DNA of 59,520 bases, from contig JYFJ02002309.1 of the NCBI GenBank assembly GCA_000934665.2, positions 1 through 59,520 on the forward strand, given 5' to 3'. Below the pieces are notes generated by a model that saw nothing but the letters and a program-made list of their open reading frames with translations, was not told the origin of the DNA and did no database searches. Below are positions 24,597 to 37,284 of the stretch, one piece after another (within the stretch, counting starts at the first letter, position 1; each line of letters starts with the position of its first letter). This stretch comes from Catajapyx aquilonaris. Lineage: Eukaryota. The translations under genes and the position numbers were made by a program.

Positions 24597-27086
24597 TCAC
24601 ACATTTTTATAATGTCCAATAGCTCGGGTCATCTTCCCATCAAGTAGAATATGGCGCTTGTCATCAAACGCATTTAGAGCAATTTTCTTAGAAGTTACAG
24701 TATGTACATTGTGATCCGTACTCCTAATGGCAGTCATTGAGCAATATTCCGTGGTTTGTTGCTCAAGAACTTTTTTATATACATCATGCGTCAGATGTGA
24801 GCGACTCTTTTTCCCAACTCCTTTTGCGGTGGCCTTGTGGGTCATGTCCACCATCTCCAAAGAATAACATTTTGCTCGCAATCCGACAAAAGACTTAATT
24901 ATTTCTCCACTCATTTCATCCTTAAATTTACCAGGGACTTTCTTATTGGTTACATCATGGAGGCGGTGGGTGGGGGGAAATTCTGACAGACCAAAGAGAT
25001 GTTTGTGTTTTAACATATCCTCATAGACATCACTTCCAGTCACATGAATCAAAAGGCTGTCGGTATCGGTGAAACACAATTCGCACTTCTCACCGTACAA
25101 AGGAAGCAAGTGATTATAAAAAATTTATACATAACCCTCTTGGCCGCCTCCAGAATGCAAAATCCAATTGCAATGGGTTGGTTCAGCACCACATTAATCT
25201 TCTGCTTACTCACCTGAACCAAATCCTCAGCCAAAATTTTCATATTTTTAAAACTAGGTTTCTTCATCACTTTTTTGGCACGCTTCCCACTCGTAATTAA
25301 CTCCAAATTAACATATTTCCGGACTGATTGTAACATTTTCCCATAAATTGAATTGTTGGCTAATTTGAATAGACTTTTTTCAAAGTCATTAGTGGCAGCC
25401 TTCCTCAAACTTGAATTCAGGTCAATATATTTTTTAACACAGGTGCTTGCTCAAATTGAAGAATTCTGTGGACTTTAGAAAGTTGCAGACCATGTTGAAC
25501 ATACATCTGCAAGTTTCTATAGTCCACAACATAGTTTTCTTTATCAAGTAAATTCAGAATCAATTTCTCATTAAATTTGGCATGCGGAAGTGATCTCTGA
25601 AAGTCTGATAGATGCTCATCCTTCACACACATTTTCTCGGGGGCCATTGGGAAATGAGAATGTCATGCAGTTCTCTGGGATATTTCAAGTCAACTTCCAA
25701 AATATATCCAATAGGACTATCATGCGGTGTTGCCATCACCTCATAAATTTTTTTAGGTGAAACCCATTGATATCCTACGGGCATGGATAGTGCCATTACA
25801 AATCCATATAAATTGTTCGCATCGAGATATAATAAAAAGGACTCGGGTCTGGATGGATCATACAAATCACCCATGTACCGATTATTGGCTTCAGCATACC
25901 GCTTGGCCACCATGGCAACACCGCCTCTCAAGCGTCTTTCAATGAAAATATGAGCCTCTACATCTGTCAGAAGACCCAATTTCACCCCAGTCTTTTTTAA
26001 ACAAGCATCCAGACTCAAACCAGGAAGAGAAATATAATGGCAAGGGTCCAAATCGTAATTCAGCTTACTAACACCTCTGAATTGTTGAAATATGTCACCC
26101 AACAATAGAACGTCTCTTTTCAGATAATGGTCGTGAAACTGACCTAAATTCTGACATTGAGTCACCTGCCAGACCTTTTTGGCAAAAGAATAATCCTCAT
26201 CAGTAATTCCCTGACTGGTTAGAGAGGGGAAAAAACCTTTCTTGGGGGGCAGGCACGTTTCCTCAAATTTTGCAAAGGAATCCGTATATTCATAACAATA
26301 TATTCCTTTTTGCCTAGTACAGTCCAATACAGCCGGATCAGTTATGACCTGGCTAGTGACAGGTAGGTTCAAGCCACTTGCAACTAAATTTTTGACTAGA
26401 GTGTTCAAACTAGTACTTAGAAAATTGAATGAATCTAGAAAAACAATATTATTTAGAGTTAAGCAAGTGATTTGCTCGCTGTTTCTAGCTATTAAATGGA
26501 TCTTATCTCCTTTCCTACCTGCCAAAGCCTTCACAATGAAATGTGAGTCATCTCACCCACATCTGAACCTTGGAAAATGGTTTGCATGTCACTATTAAAA
26601 TATGCCTCTACTTCACTCTCAATTCCTGCCATGGTGGTTGTCAGGTAGACTCGGGTCCTGATGGCCGGAAAATCACGAAACTGTAGATGCCACAATGCAG
26701 GTAGATCCAGATGATCAAATACTTCCTCCACAGTATTGAAGTATGATAGGTCGCCAGACACATACTGACGACAGATGTTGTTGAAGGCAGCATTTTTTAT
26801 GGAATTTATCCTGTAAAAACATTTGTATTAGTCACCATGCTTTCACAACAATTAGGATTACTTACAGTTGTTGGAGCTGGGTGATGTATCATACGGTGTT
26901 CCGCCAATGTCTGTGCATCTCTCATAAATCCATTGCAGATATTGCATCGATGATCTGTACTTATATGCCTGAATAACCTTTGCTCTGACCTAAAAATAAT
27001 ATGTATCAATACATATCAATATGATGTTATCTTATTACTCACTGGGAGCGGAAATCGCAGGTGTTGCAGCGGTGGGTTGACATCAT
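24597..27086 (-). pseudogene. Protein-primed family B DNA polymerase (Maverick pPolB) with spliced N-terminal C2H2 fingers; internally deleted and frameshifted
   Basis: FLDSFNFL, YLDANNLYG (motif A), KLANNSIYGK (B), FTDTDSL (C), GKFKDE, FVGLRAKCYS, FDDKR. Fingers CNTC/CNICNGF..H..H carry GT-AG introns. The EndoVII region is deleted near 26560. Confidence 0.92.
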
Positions 27087-27289
27087 TGAATGATAGCTTT
27101 TTCCACACTCTCTGCTATATAAGAATGTGGTCCCAGGTGAATGGCCCCTCAGTGAGCACTTCAACTGACACTAATCTAACGGTTTTTCAATTGACGTGTT
27201 ATCCTAATAAGTGAGAAAACTGTTGAGACTGGTCAGAGAAAACCGTTGGTGTTAATTAGCATGTATAGCCTTGAGATGCATAGAATGCC

Positions 27290-27665
27290 TTAAACATCAT
27301 AAGTGAAATAATATCTCATTATTCTATTAACCTCGCAGTCGTGAATAAAAAACCAGTCATCAAAGAATTCCAAATTGTTGACAAAATAATATCTTACTGA
27401 ATATGGATATGCTAGTAACTCTAATGTTATTGCTAAATTCATTTCTTCATAGTGTGCTGTACATCTATTATGAAAATAAAACCAATCAATTGCATACTGA
27501 TCTAGTCTACAATTATACACCTCCCAAATTCGTAGGTGCCAGTTTCGAAGTGGTGTGGTGTCAAATAAATTGATGAGTTCATCACCAACGAACCCATCCA
27601 CAACATCAACAAGGGGGTTGAATAGATTTGCCAATTCATGTCCATTAAACTCCTCTATTACATCT
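27290..27665 (-). CDS. Divergent 'NLF' family gene upstream of pPolB
   Basis: FNGHELANLFNPLVDVVDGFVGDELINLFDTTPL. Confidence 0.5.
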
Positions 27666-28935
27666 ACATTAAAATAAATATTAATTAATTTTATACATAT
27701 GACATTTCAACACTACTTATCTTAATTGTTAGGTCAGCCTTATATTCAACCCTATGTCACCACTTGTCTTAATTACTTGAGACTCACACACACTCTTCTT
27801 ATTTACACTGTTAATTAATCCCTTTTTTTGGTTTTAAATTTTTTATTACCTTCCAATACATCAAGCTGCTGAAGGGCTCTCTTGGATATTCTCAACTCCA
27901 AACTGATAGAGAAGTCCATAATCAATTATGTGTTACTCATAATGAAAGACAGTATTACCTTCACTAAGCAGATCCTATGATCACCTGATATTAGTCTGCT
28001 CACATCAGAATTTATTGTTCTCAGAACAATCCTCTCTTGGAGCTCATGCTCCAAGTGTGAGAGCTCCTCTAAATCTCTAAAAATTTCACTCCATTCATAT
28101 CTCCTGATATGAGCAATTTGATCTAATAACCATTCTGGGTCAGCATTATCCATGAGGGCCCACATATGTTCCACTCTACTCATAGATCTCTGCGATAGAT
28201 GTTTGAGTGATACATAATGTGAAATTAAGGTTTAACATACAACTTACATTCTCCTCAGCTGCTTGTGTGTCTCCCTGCCTTCTATCTCCACGACCTGTCA
28301 TCTGAGGGGTCTTAAGCAAGAGTTGCCTAACCCACGTGAACCTTGTTTCAATATATTTGCATTTGAAAGTTTGTCAGGTTGTCTTACTGCTGTGCTACTA
28401 CTGACTGTCGCCAAACTCGATGGGTGGATGCAATGAAATTTAGTGAAGCAATAGCAGCAGAAAAGGAGACAAAAACGTTACACAATCCGATAGGAGAGCA
28501 CTTGACACAATGACATGTAGCTCTTTAGGCTACTCTGGCTAAATTATAATGTGAGCCTATGTGTCATAGGCTACTCTGGCTCACAAACCTTTAGATACAG
28601 ATTGACGATTGTAGGCTACTATTAATAACCTTCAAAGTGAGCCTCTCTTATTATTTACTTTACCGTGTAGTAGGTAGAAATTCATAGAATAATTGTGCGC
28701 AACTTTTATTACCTTTTGAGCAAGTTTTCATCCGTATACACAATATCATGAATAATACCCATAAAAGAAAAGGTAAGTAGTTAATCAATGACTTGTTGAA
28801 ATTTTCAACATGTGACAGCAAAGTAGTAGCCATATTGTTGTCCTAAACTGTTATTTTCCACTGTTCATGGCCAATATTGATCCTGGACCCTGTCTTCATC
28901 TTATAATGTGACGCATCGAGCAAGTTCAACACACT

Positions 28936-29250
28936 TCACTGATCCACTTCCTTTTCTTGCTCTCCAATAGAACTGCCAACACTACACTCGTCACCATCAA
29001 GCTGGGCAGAATCCCCTTTCAAATCCCAGTAAAACTGGTGATGTACTGGCGGCACAAACTTCAGTAGATCCTGCAGGTCTTTCAGTTTAGCACTTTGCAC
29101 TCGCCTACCCTCAGGGTAGAGTTTCTCAAGTGTGTCTGGTGTGCGTACTCTCTTTCGAGTGAAATCCACTCTGTAGAATGCAACGTCTTCGTTGGTGGTG
29201 TACTTGTACAGCATAATATTGGGCTCTGAACTGCTGAACCTAATCCTACC
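28936..29250 (-). pseudogene. Sola1-like transposase extreme C-terminus
   Basis: IRFSSSEPNIMLYKY..LEKLYPEGRRVQSAKLKDLQDLLKFVPPVHHQFY, homologous to the tail of 20981-21598. Confidence 0.6.
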
Positions 29251-30134
29251 TGTGGTATCCAACGTGTCTTTTTGTGCGATTGAGGTGGCCGCCAGAGGCT
29301 CTAATAAGTCTTCTGGTCCCTGGGTGTTGGTTTCTGTCGACAAACTTTCTTTCTTGATTCCCTGACCCGTCTTCATTTTTCGTGGTCTATCGGGGTCTTG
29401 TAATGCCTTAAACTCTGTTGTTAGCCTCTTTAAACGCCTACTTGCCCGTAGGGGTTTATTCTCTACCACTGCGTCAGAGTCTGATTCGATTTACCTCTCA
29501 CTGTCGGACTTATTGGACTCCTCCGACTCGTCCGATATCTCTAGTATTGTTCGATTCAAAACTTTCTGGGGTTCCACTGAATATCTAATGACTGATTCCT
29601 CTGGATCCATTCACTCGATCTTCATCCTTTGGATTGTGCTCTGATCATTCACGCCAGGCTGATTTTTCGACTGCCCTTAGCCTCCACCATATCAGATTAT
29701 TGCCAAATTCGACAACAAATTAGGGTAACGTAGCACATGTCAAGCTGTACTGAAATCTTGCAGTCGAGTCAGCCCGAGGCGGGAATAAGATCAGATACAA
29801 GACACAATCCTTTATCCCATCAAGTTTATTAACACAAACATTGGTACAACGAACAAGTCAGGTGAAACGAGTGATACAGGATAAACCACTTAATACTTAC
29901 ACCACCCCATGGTGTGATCTGTTGCACAAGCGATGACCAGTCAAGGCGAATAGGACACTGTTGCTCTTCTCACTCTCTCTCCCGTCTCTCGATCATCTTT
30001 TTTCAGCGCTCGTGCCATATTTATACCCCATAACATCCCGGAAGTTTAGTCAGTGCGTCAGCTATTTTTGTGGCTCATCCTTGAGTCCTCAAAATTACTG
30101 CTAAAACGTCGGTTTTACATCACATGATTTGACA
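29250..30134 (-). mobile_element. 5' LTR, PBS and start of gag of an LTR retrotransposon (truncated)
   Basis: LTR end ...AATCTGATA followed by PBS TGGTGGAGG (29689). TATAAAT and AATAAA inside the LTR; ATG at ~29610 opens a low-complexity gag-like N-terminus. The upstream LTR boundary is uncertain. Confidence 0.45.
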
Positions 30135-30709
30135 GGAACCTTGATAACTTTCCTGGTGAGGCGGCTGAGCATGATGTAATAACACCATTTTTACTCAGCA
30201 ACAAGGCCACAATTTTGGGGTCTGGGCTAAGGCCACCCAGTGTTTTGGGTGTGGCGGAAATCCTCTTCAGTATCAAGATTATTCCGCGAAGGTTGCCAAA
30301 CGGGTTATGATGATCTCATAATGAGATCATCCCCTATTCTGGGCACTTCCAAGTTATTTTCAGGTTGCTGATGTAAGGTACCTGAAATTCCCTTTTTATT
30401 TTTCATGCTTATCCCGACAGTATACATATGGCTGACATCTTGGATCGGAGTCGTCTTCCACCTTGCACATCATTATTTCTTTTTTTCTCCCTTCACTACG
30501 ATGACCATGAACTTACAGATCGTGTTACGGGTGCAACACTCGTTCGTTCCCGAATTAATATTGGTTGCAATCTCAACCGAAGTTATCACACATTGCTTTT
30601 TCTCCCAGACAACAAAAAAAACAATAAAAAATAAAATTGATAACGAATAATAAAAAAGGTTATATTTTTATTTCGGGGCCATGTGGCGTACAAGGAGGAT
30701 ACACGCCAA

Positions 30710-31460
30710 TTATGGCAGATCGTGGATGACCTTCACATCGTAATCAAACTCGGAAATATTCTGCGCGAGGATGTCTAGCGCGATGCGGACGTTTTGGTCA
30801 AGATTGCGGAAGGTCAGCAAGACTGGAAAATCTTGTGTAATAGTCAGAGTGGCGACAATCGGGAGCGGGGTGGCGGACCTGGAAAAAAGTGAAGCGTCAT
30901 TCGCTGTCGACCGAGGAGGCGAGGCCCGAATCGCTTGCCAAAAAAAATGACGGGGGGCACACGCAAGGCAGAGTGCCAAGGACGGCGCAGCATTTCGTGC
31001 AAATAAGTACTCCGTAAAGAACGGAACCGTGCGGTTTTCGCTGCAGACGCGACGGGCAACCTCATCTGAAACCCTCGCGAACAAAAGCGACAGCGGTCCG
31101 CCTCTTTTCGGAACGATGCAAATTTTGTAGGTTGCGGAAAGACCCCCCTGTAAGCAGGCCCGCCAAATTGAGGAAAACCCGCGAATTACGGCGAAGAGGT
31201 AGGCCTCATTTTGCCTGTAAAAAATACGAAATAAATTAGAAGCTATTTATTTTATTTGTGAATACAAAACGAAACCGGTGCAATGAAACCATTAATCGTC
31301 GGAGCTATCGGACATGTCTGACACAACCCCCGAGGTACGATCGCTTTCCGTCTCGCCGGGGCAGGCGACATCCCAGCACACGCAGCGCATGTTGGCACGC
31401 GGCCACGCAAGATCGCCGCAAATAGAACAGGTGATAATTCCTCAGGCAACGTTGCCAAAC
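30710..31460 (-). CDS. Orphan 'IRG..IWRAC' gene (spliced), Maverick left arm
   Basis: AYLFAVIRGFSSIWRACLQ..YKICIVPKRGGPLSLLFARV is homologous to NYILTIIRGLKTIWRACFQ..YTILVVPEYNGIMTLKFTEV at 36479-36691. Confidence 0.5.
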
Positions 31461-31924
31461 GGAACGAGTAATTTAGTTAATTTTGACACGGTTTGAACCG
31501 CCAGCTCCTGGGGCACGTCGTGGAATGGGTTGGGTTTTAAAAAGGAAAAGCGACAAAATAAAACTGTTCGACAATCCCACTTCCTAGGGCCTAAAACCTC
31601 AGCTCCGGCCTCGCTTCTGCATCGGGTTCGACTTTCGGGGGCTTAGTCCTCCCTGCCGGCCAGATCGGGAGGTGTACAGTTCGGGCAGAGTTGCCCAAAT
31701 ACGCTCATCACATGGGCCGCACCTCCATGAGTCGCAAAGGGGGAGGCCCATTTTGTTGCGAATAATAAATAGTTCTCCGGAAAAATCATTTTATTGAAAG
31801 CAGAATACTTCACACCTGTTCTTCTTCGTTGAAGTCAGCGCCTGCGGCACGCATGTGCCAATAGGTGCTAAACCGCCCCTCGCACGGACCTCAGCAGGCC
31901 TGTTTGCATTAACATGTTGGAGCC

Positions 31925-32125
31925 AATGTGGCCAATCTGAGCTTTCCCATCTCCATCAATGATGTGGCCATATTCGAACGGCAAAATTCCATCTCCGTCA
32001 ATTTATTCGGTTATGAAGACAAAGATATATTTCCCCTACGCATCGCCGAGACCGTCCTGTTACAACACGTCGATCTGCTACTGTTAGAGGAAAATGGGGC
32101 GAAACATTTCTGCGCAATTGCGTAA
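31925..32125 (+). pseudogene. pPolB N-terminal fragment
   Basis: NLSFPISINDVAIFERQNSISVNLFGYE..IFPLR..HVDLLL.E..HFC matches 38905-39100; fused by deletion to the tail of the DEDD-like gene. Confidence 0.85.
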
Positions 32126-32487
32126 CACGGGCATCCCCACTCTTCCACGTTGAACACGGGCCGGTGCAAATATCTGGCCAGCATGTCGCACTCTCCGTAG
32201 CCTGCAGTTGCAAAATAAATCAACGTTTTTTTTGCGCACAAGCGTAATCGCAATGTTTCTTACCTTTGGCGTAGAGCTTTGGGCGTAGAGGCTCGGGTAA
32301 TTCCTCGTCGCCCTTGTCAAACACTTTGGAATGCGCTGATACGGCACGACTCCCGCCCTAAACGGAATTTCGGATATGAAATCACGCGTGTACAGATTGG
32401 CGTATAAAATGTCTCTGGGCCAATGGCCCGCGGGCGTGCGAAACATTCAATGATTGGTCTCGGGATATGCATACCACCGATAGGGTG

Positions 32488-34987
32488 TGTCGGACCTAGG
32501 CAGGTACGGGTCCGAATATTAGTTGGATAGGGGTATGTGGCATGGCTGTACGTGAAATCACACAAGGCTGGTGGTTAAATTCATAACTCAATTTAATGTA
32601 CTCCGACTAACATACTGGTACCTCTGAATATTATAACAGTCAAACAATGTACAACTTCCTCCCTATGGAGGGATCCCTTTCAAAATCACATACTTCGCGA
32701 TTGAAAATTCTTACCTGTTGGAATGCTCAAGCTCTGTCTGCCGGGCTGTCAAGATGTGAAGTCTAGTTAAAATAATTCCGGCGCTGCTTTTATAGTGCCC
32801 GGTTTGGGGTGGGGTTTGCACCACGTGAGTGTCCTTTTCGGGGTTTTTACCAGTAATATCGACGTAATCCTAACATCCCGAAATGAACTTGTTGTATTAA
32901 TAAGGTGGGCTGCTCGTACTGTCCTCCGCTCTCGGACTCTAATGGCCTTTTGAATGGCTTTTCGGCGCCAGGATGTCTACTGCTTCATAGATTCCGGTGC
33001 CTTATACTCTTTGCTCTGGCATTGTACTGATATTCCCAATCATGTTATTTAAATGAGTTTACGGGGCATAATTATAGCAAACTACTTATTACGAACTTGA
33101 TTATGATAATTATATGAGTTGTTATGCCATGCTTGGCATGACAAATATCCACCCACAACGGAAAAGAATTTTCAATCGCTTTCTTGCAAGTGTTAGCATC
33201 ATAGCACTCATTACACTTAATACAGGTATTGCATTCAAATGCACTCTTTTTCTGGTTGCTACTTATCATTGTAACACAATACTTTTAAACACTTAGCGGT
33301 CTATAATTTATACGGATGCACATATAATTTCTCCACATCGGTCAGTTATACATGTCACTTGAACGATTACGTAAACCCTTTGAACATTGAATACATCGAT
33401 ATTGTGGTAACCTATTTACACATAAAAGAGAGATGATCAGTTCATTATTTAACATGCCGAAATTACTGGTTAATATTCCTATACAACTGGCGATAACTGT
33501 TCACTGCACATCACTGCATCGTAAACAGGCGCACTTGATATATAACTAAATTGCACTAGCACTGAAACATGCACTGGTTGTCTTCTTCAGCAGTTGGGCT
33601 GTATGCGAATGTCATTGGCACATCTCCCCGGACAGCTGGTTAACACACAATAGTCATAGAATTCTTGAAATTCACGGTAAGATGAGAAGCGGCATGTGGC
33701 GTGTTTTCTTATGTGACGGTCCTGCGGTGTCCATCCTAGGCCGTCTGTGCGGTAATGCTCTTTCAGTGCCTCCCACACCACGATAGGATTGTTCACTGCT
33801 CCTGCCGGATGTTGGTCGCTGATATACTTAAGTTCGGGCGACTCCCAGTGTGGACCGGTCCCTATCTTAAGTGTCGGTGTGCGAGTCAGCCACCGTCGTA
33901 CTACATAACCACACAACACCACAACCACACAACACACCGTCAAAATAAGTATGATAGCCATCTTATAGGTTGGTGTGTCTAGCTTAGGTAACACTGCCTT
34001 GGCTACCAAACCTATAATGAATCTACAAGCTTGTGGGCAGCGACGAATTTTCTTCGTTTTGTTTACATATTGTAGGGTGGTACTGACATATTAATGGATG
34101 ATTCCCATCTCAGTGTTTCGTATATACTCCAGGGTGGCATACTCATATATCATCCTAATTAATGTAATAGACACTACGCACCTTAGGCAGATCCCCTATG
34201 GGCTCTAATATACACGTACACATAACAGACACTACCATCAACCTAAACAATCACAACCACCACTTCCAACACTCAAAATTTTTTTAATTACATTTAGCGT
34301 TAATCATCATTATCCTGCAGGCTGCGCCAATTGTCGGACCTAGGCAGGTACGGGTCCGAATATTAGTTGGATAGGTGTATGTGGCATGGCTGTATGTGAA
34401 ATCACACAAGGCTGGTGGTTAAATTCATAACTCAATTTAATGTACTCCGACTAACATACTGGTACCTCTGAATATTATAACAGTCAAACAATGTACAACT
34501 TCCTCCCTATGGAGGGATCCCTTTCAAAATCACATACTTTGCGATTGAAAATTCTTACCTGTTGGAATGCTCAAGCTCTGTCTGCCGGGCTGTCAAGATG
34601 TGAAGTCTAGTTAAAATAATTCCGGCGCTGCTTTTATAGTGCCCGGTTTGGGGTGGGGTTTGCACCACGTGAGTGTCATTTTCGGGGTTTTTACCAGTAA
34701 TATCGACGTAATCCTAACATCCCGAAATGAACTTGTTGTGTTAATAAGGTGGGCTGCTCGTACTGTCCTCCGCTCTCGGACTCTAATGGCCTTTTGAATG
34801 GCTTTTCGGCGCCAGGATGTCTACTGCTTCATAGATTCCGGTGCCTTATACTCTTTGCTCTGGCATTGTACTGATATTCCCAATCATGTTATTTAAATGA
34901 GTTTACGGGGCATAATTATAGCAAACTACTTATTACGAACTTGATTATGATAATTATATGAGTTGTTATGCCATGCTTGGCATGACA
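32488..34987 (-). mobile_element. Complete 2.5-kb non-autonomous LTR element (656-bp LTRs, GGTG TSD)
   Basis: LTRs 32488-33143 and 34332-34987 (TG..CA, about 5 mismatches). GGTG on both sides, PBS TGGCGCAGCCTGCAGGAT (tRNA-Ser-like), no gag/pol. Confidence 0.92.
33587..33961 (-). CDS. Small single-pass membrane/signal-anchor protein inside the LTR element
   Basis: The first in-frame ATG gives MAIILILTVCCVVVVLCGYVVRRWLTR... (~124 aa), in sense orientation to the element; it is the longest internal ORF. Confidence 0.45.
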   Translation of the reverse strand: MAIILILTVCCVVVVLCGYVVRRWLTRTPTLKIGTGPHWESPELKYISDQHPAGAVNNPIVVWEALKEHYRTDGLGWTPQDRHIRKHATCRFSSYREFQEFYDYCVLTSCPGRCANDIRIQPNC

Positions 34988-35229
34988 GGTGGCCAATTCC
35001 TTGGGAACAAGTTGGCCCGCCGCATTCATGTAACAATGGGCTGCAATCAACAATCCCGAGCGATCCATGCTGTCAGACTGGAACTCCTCGGGCCGGCTCG
35101 GATGCGCGCTGCTGGGGGCAGGGGAGGACTCGCCTCAATCACATAGCAACAAATTGTTGGAGCTAATATTTATTGCGCATATATGGGATCCATAAAGCGA
35201 CAGCTTGTTGCAGCTAATGTGAGGACATT

Positions 35230-35936
35230 TCATTTATATTTGCTGGCCGCCGGGGACGTGCGAAACGATGGACACCGGCGCTGGGATGGGCACTTTGCTG
35301 ACCCGCTGTTTCTCCCTCTTGGACACGCTGGCGATTCTGAATTGAAACCCAGTGAGTTCGATCCACATCTCCTGAGGCCCCTCCATCTCGCAGAGGAAGC
35401 TGAGGGGCCTTCCGATGCACTCTTCATCCGCCCAAAGACACTTGTGGGCGTGGGAGAGGACGATGCAGTGTTGCGCCTTCCCAGAGTTTGATTGCTGGCG
35501 CAGACTCCACCCGTGATAGGATACTGGGGTTTTGGATGATTCCCAGACGTAGATCGCTTCGTGTCCCATGTCGTATCCTCCAATATACGCATCGGCGTCA
35601 TACCCGTCTGAAATAATGATAACACGTTTTAGGCTGGCGACGATCGCGACCGTTTAATACACTCACGCTGACTCAGATGCCTGATTATTTCTCTATGTTC
35701 CTCCCTGAAATCGATCTCGGCCAGCTTGGCACCCATGTTCGCGCATATTTCCCTCGCCTGAAACCAATTGGCCGTGTGGGTGGCCGATATGTAGTAGCAG
35801 CCTTCGCCGATCCGGATGAACGGCGATCTGCACTCCTATACCAAAAAAGTATCGATTATCCTCATTCGCAAAGCCCTCCAAACTACTCACCGCGTGCGCT
35901 CTGGAGGAAGAGAAGGGCGATAAGTAGCTGCCACAT
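35230..35936 (-). pseudogene. Secreted C-type lectin gene, copy 2 (GC-rich, spliced)
   Basis: MWQLLIALLFLQSARG|gtgag; ICANMGAKLAEID; YVWESSKTPVSYHGW..HCIVLSHAHKCLWADEECIGRPLSFLCE. Confidence 0.8.
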
Positions 35937-36478
35937 TTTTTTCCTCGACTGGTCAAGTCCCCTCTTTTTTTCGCCCATATATGCAGTTTCTTGGCACGGC
36001 CATGGGCATCTTGCCCTCGTTTGAGCATCTGGCGGGGTTTTCCTGCCCTTTCGGCTCCCATTGTGCGACTGGGTTTTGTCGCCGTCGAACTTGTTAAATT
36101 TGCCTTCCAGGTCGAGTCGCTCGTAAGATGCGACTTTTTCCCCCATTTATTAGCCATGGCCCTTCGCGCGGCTGAATCACGTAATGGGCCGTCTGCCTTC
36201 CCCTTTCACCCACGGCCGGAAATTGGTTGCTATCTATCTCGTAATCGCTCGGAGGAGGGAAGAATAATTGTGGCTTTCAAAAAACAGTGCAGACTCGAAG
36301 CAATCTCGCGCCATGCGGGCTTTGGTGATCCATTGCACCTTGGCGTCTTGATTGGCTCCCAGCACGGGTGCCTGGTGGGGCGACGGTGCTGCCATTAGGG
36401 CGGAGGAAATCCGCTTGGTGAACCAGGGGGCGCCACCGACGGAGGCTCGTGATTGCCTGGGGCGGTTCCCGCGCATAT

Positions 36479-37140
36479 TTACCTAGGGACGGTTGCAAAT
36501 TTTTTTGGAACCTCAGTAAACTTTAAGGTCATTATGCCATTATATTCTGGAACAACCAAAATAGTGTAAAAGGGGTTATCGCATGCTCGCCAATCTTTTC
36601 CAAGTTTTTGAAAGCATGCTCGCCATATAGTTTTCAGGCCTCGAATGATTGTAAGTATGTAGTTTTGATTGTGCCTGTAAAAACAATACAATTAGTGTCC
36701 CTATTGTTGCACTTATGCTCATAGAACTATGCATTGGAGGGAGGCTAAATCGATATTTCACTACCACCCTGTATGTCAGACTCTACACCCGATGTGGAAT
36801 CACTATCAGTATCGTAAAAATATTCTGCCCATACACATCTCATGCTAGTAATGGGGTAAGCTAATGCGGAACAATTTGTGCATGTAAGCCTTCCAAATTT
36901 TATGTCACCTCCTATCTCAATTTTTTTTATGCAACTTTGCAAGAGCATGAACAACCAGATCTTGATTCAGCTCAGAAAATGTGAAGCTAGTATTAAGATT
37001 GCCATGTGGAACTATCAGTACAGTGCAGACTATCATTTCCGTTTCACGCCCGTAGTTATCGTATAATGGAATATAACCTCCTGGGACATGAGTCTCTATG
37101 GCGATCCTCCACACACTTTCAAGGTTATTACAAAAATTGA
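36479..37140 (-). CDS. Two orphan Maverick left-arm genes (CxxC/acidic-tail gene and IWRAC gene, latter truncated)
   Basis: ORF pieces 36745-37114 and 36479-36691 lie co-oriented downstream of the PC4-like gene; homology to 30710-31220. Confidence 0.4.
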
Positions 37141-37284
37141 TAAAATATTGTCGTGTATGCCTGAAAGAAAGAAATGTATGTTCACTAATAACTGCATGAA
37201 AGACCTACAAATTGTGACATTACTATGGGCATATATGCAGGAACTATCAAGCAATCTATGCATGCTTACTAGTACATTAAAGGT

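Larger units (their letters stand above)
32127..35068 (-). pseudogene. DEDD-like gene split by an LTR element
   Basis: MDRSGLLIAAHCYMNAAGQLVPKELAT (35068-34988) continues at 32487 as ..ETNH*MFRTPAGHWP..IPFRAGVVPY..NVEEWGCP. Confidence 0.65.

Noticed and set aside
28936..29469. 177-aa ORF as a real fusion gene
   Set aside because: Accidental in-frame join of a gag-like leader and a Sola1-like C-terminus at ~29250.
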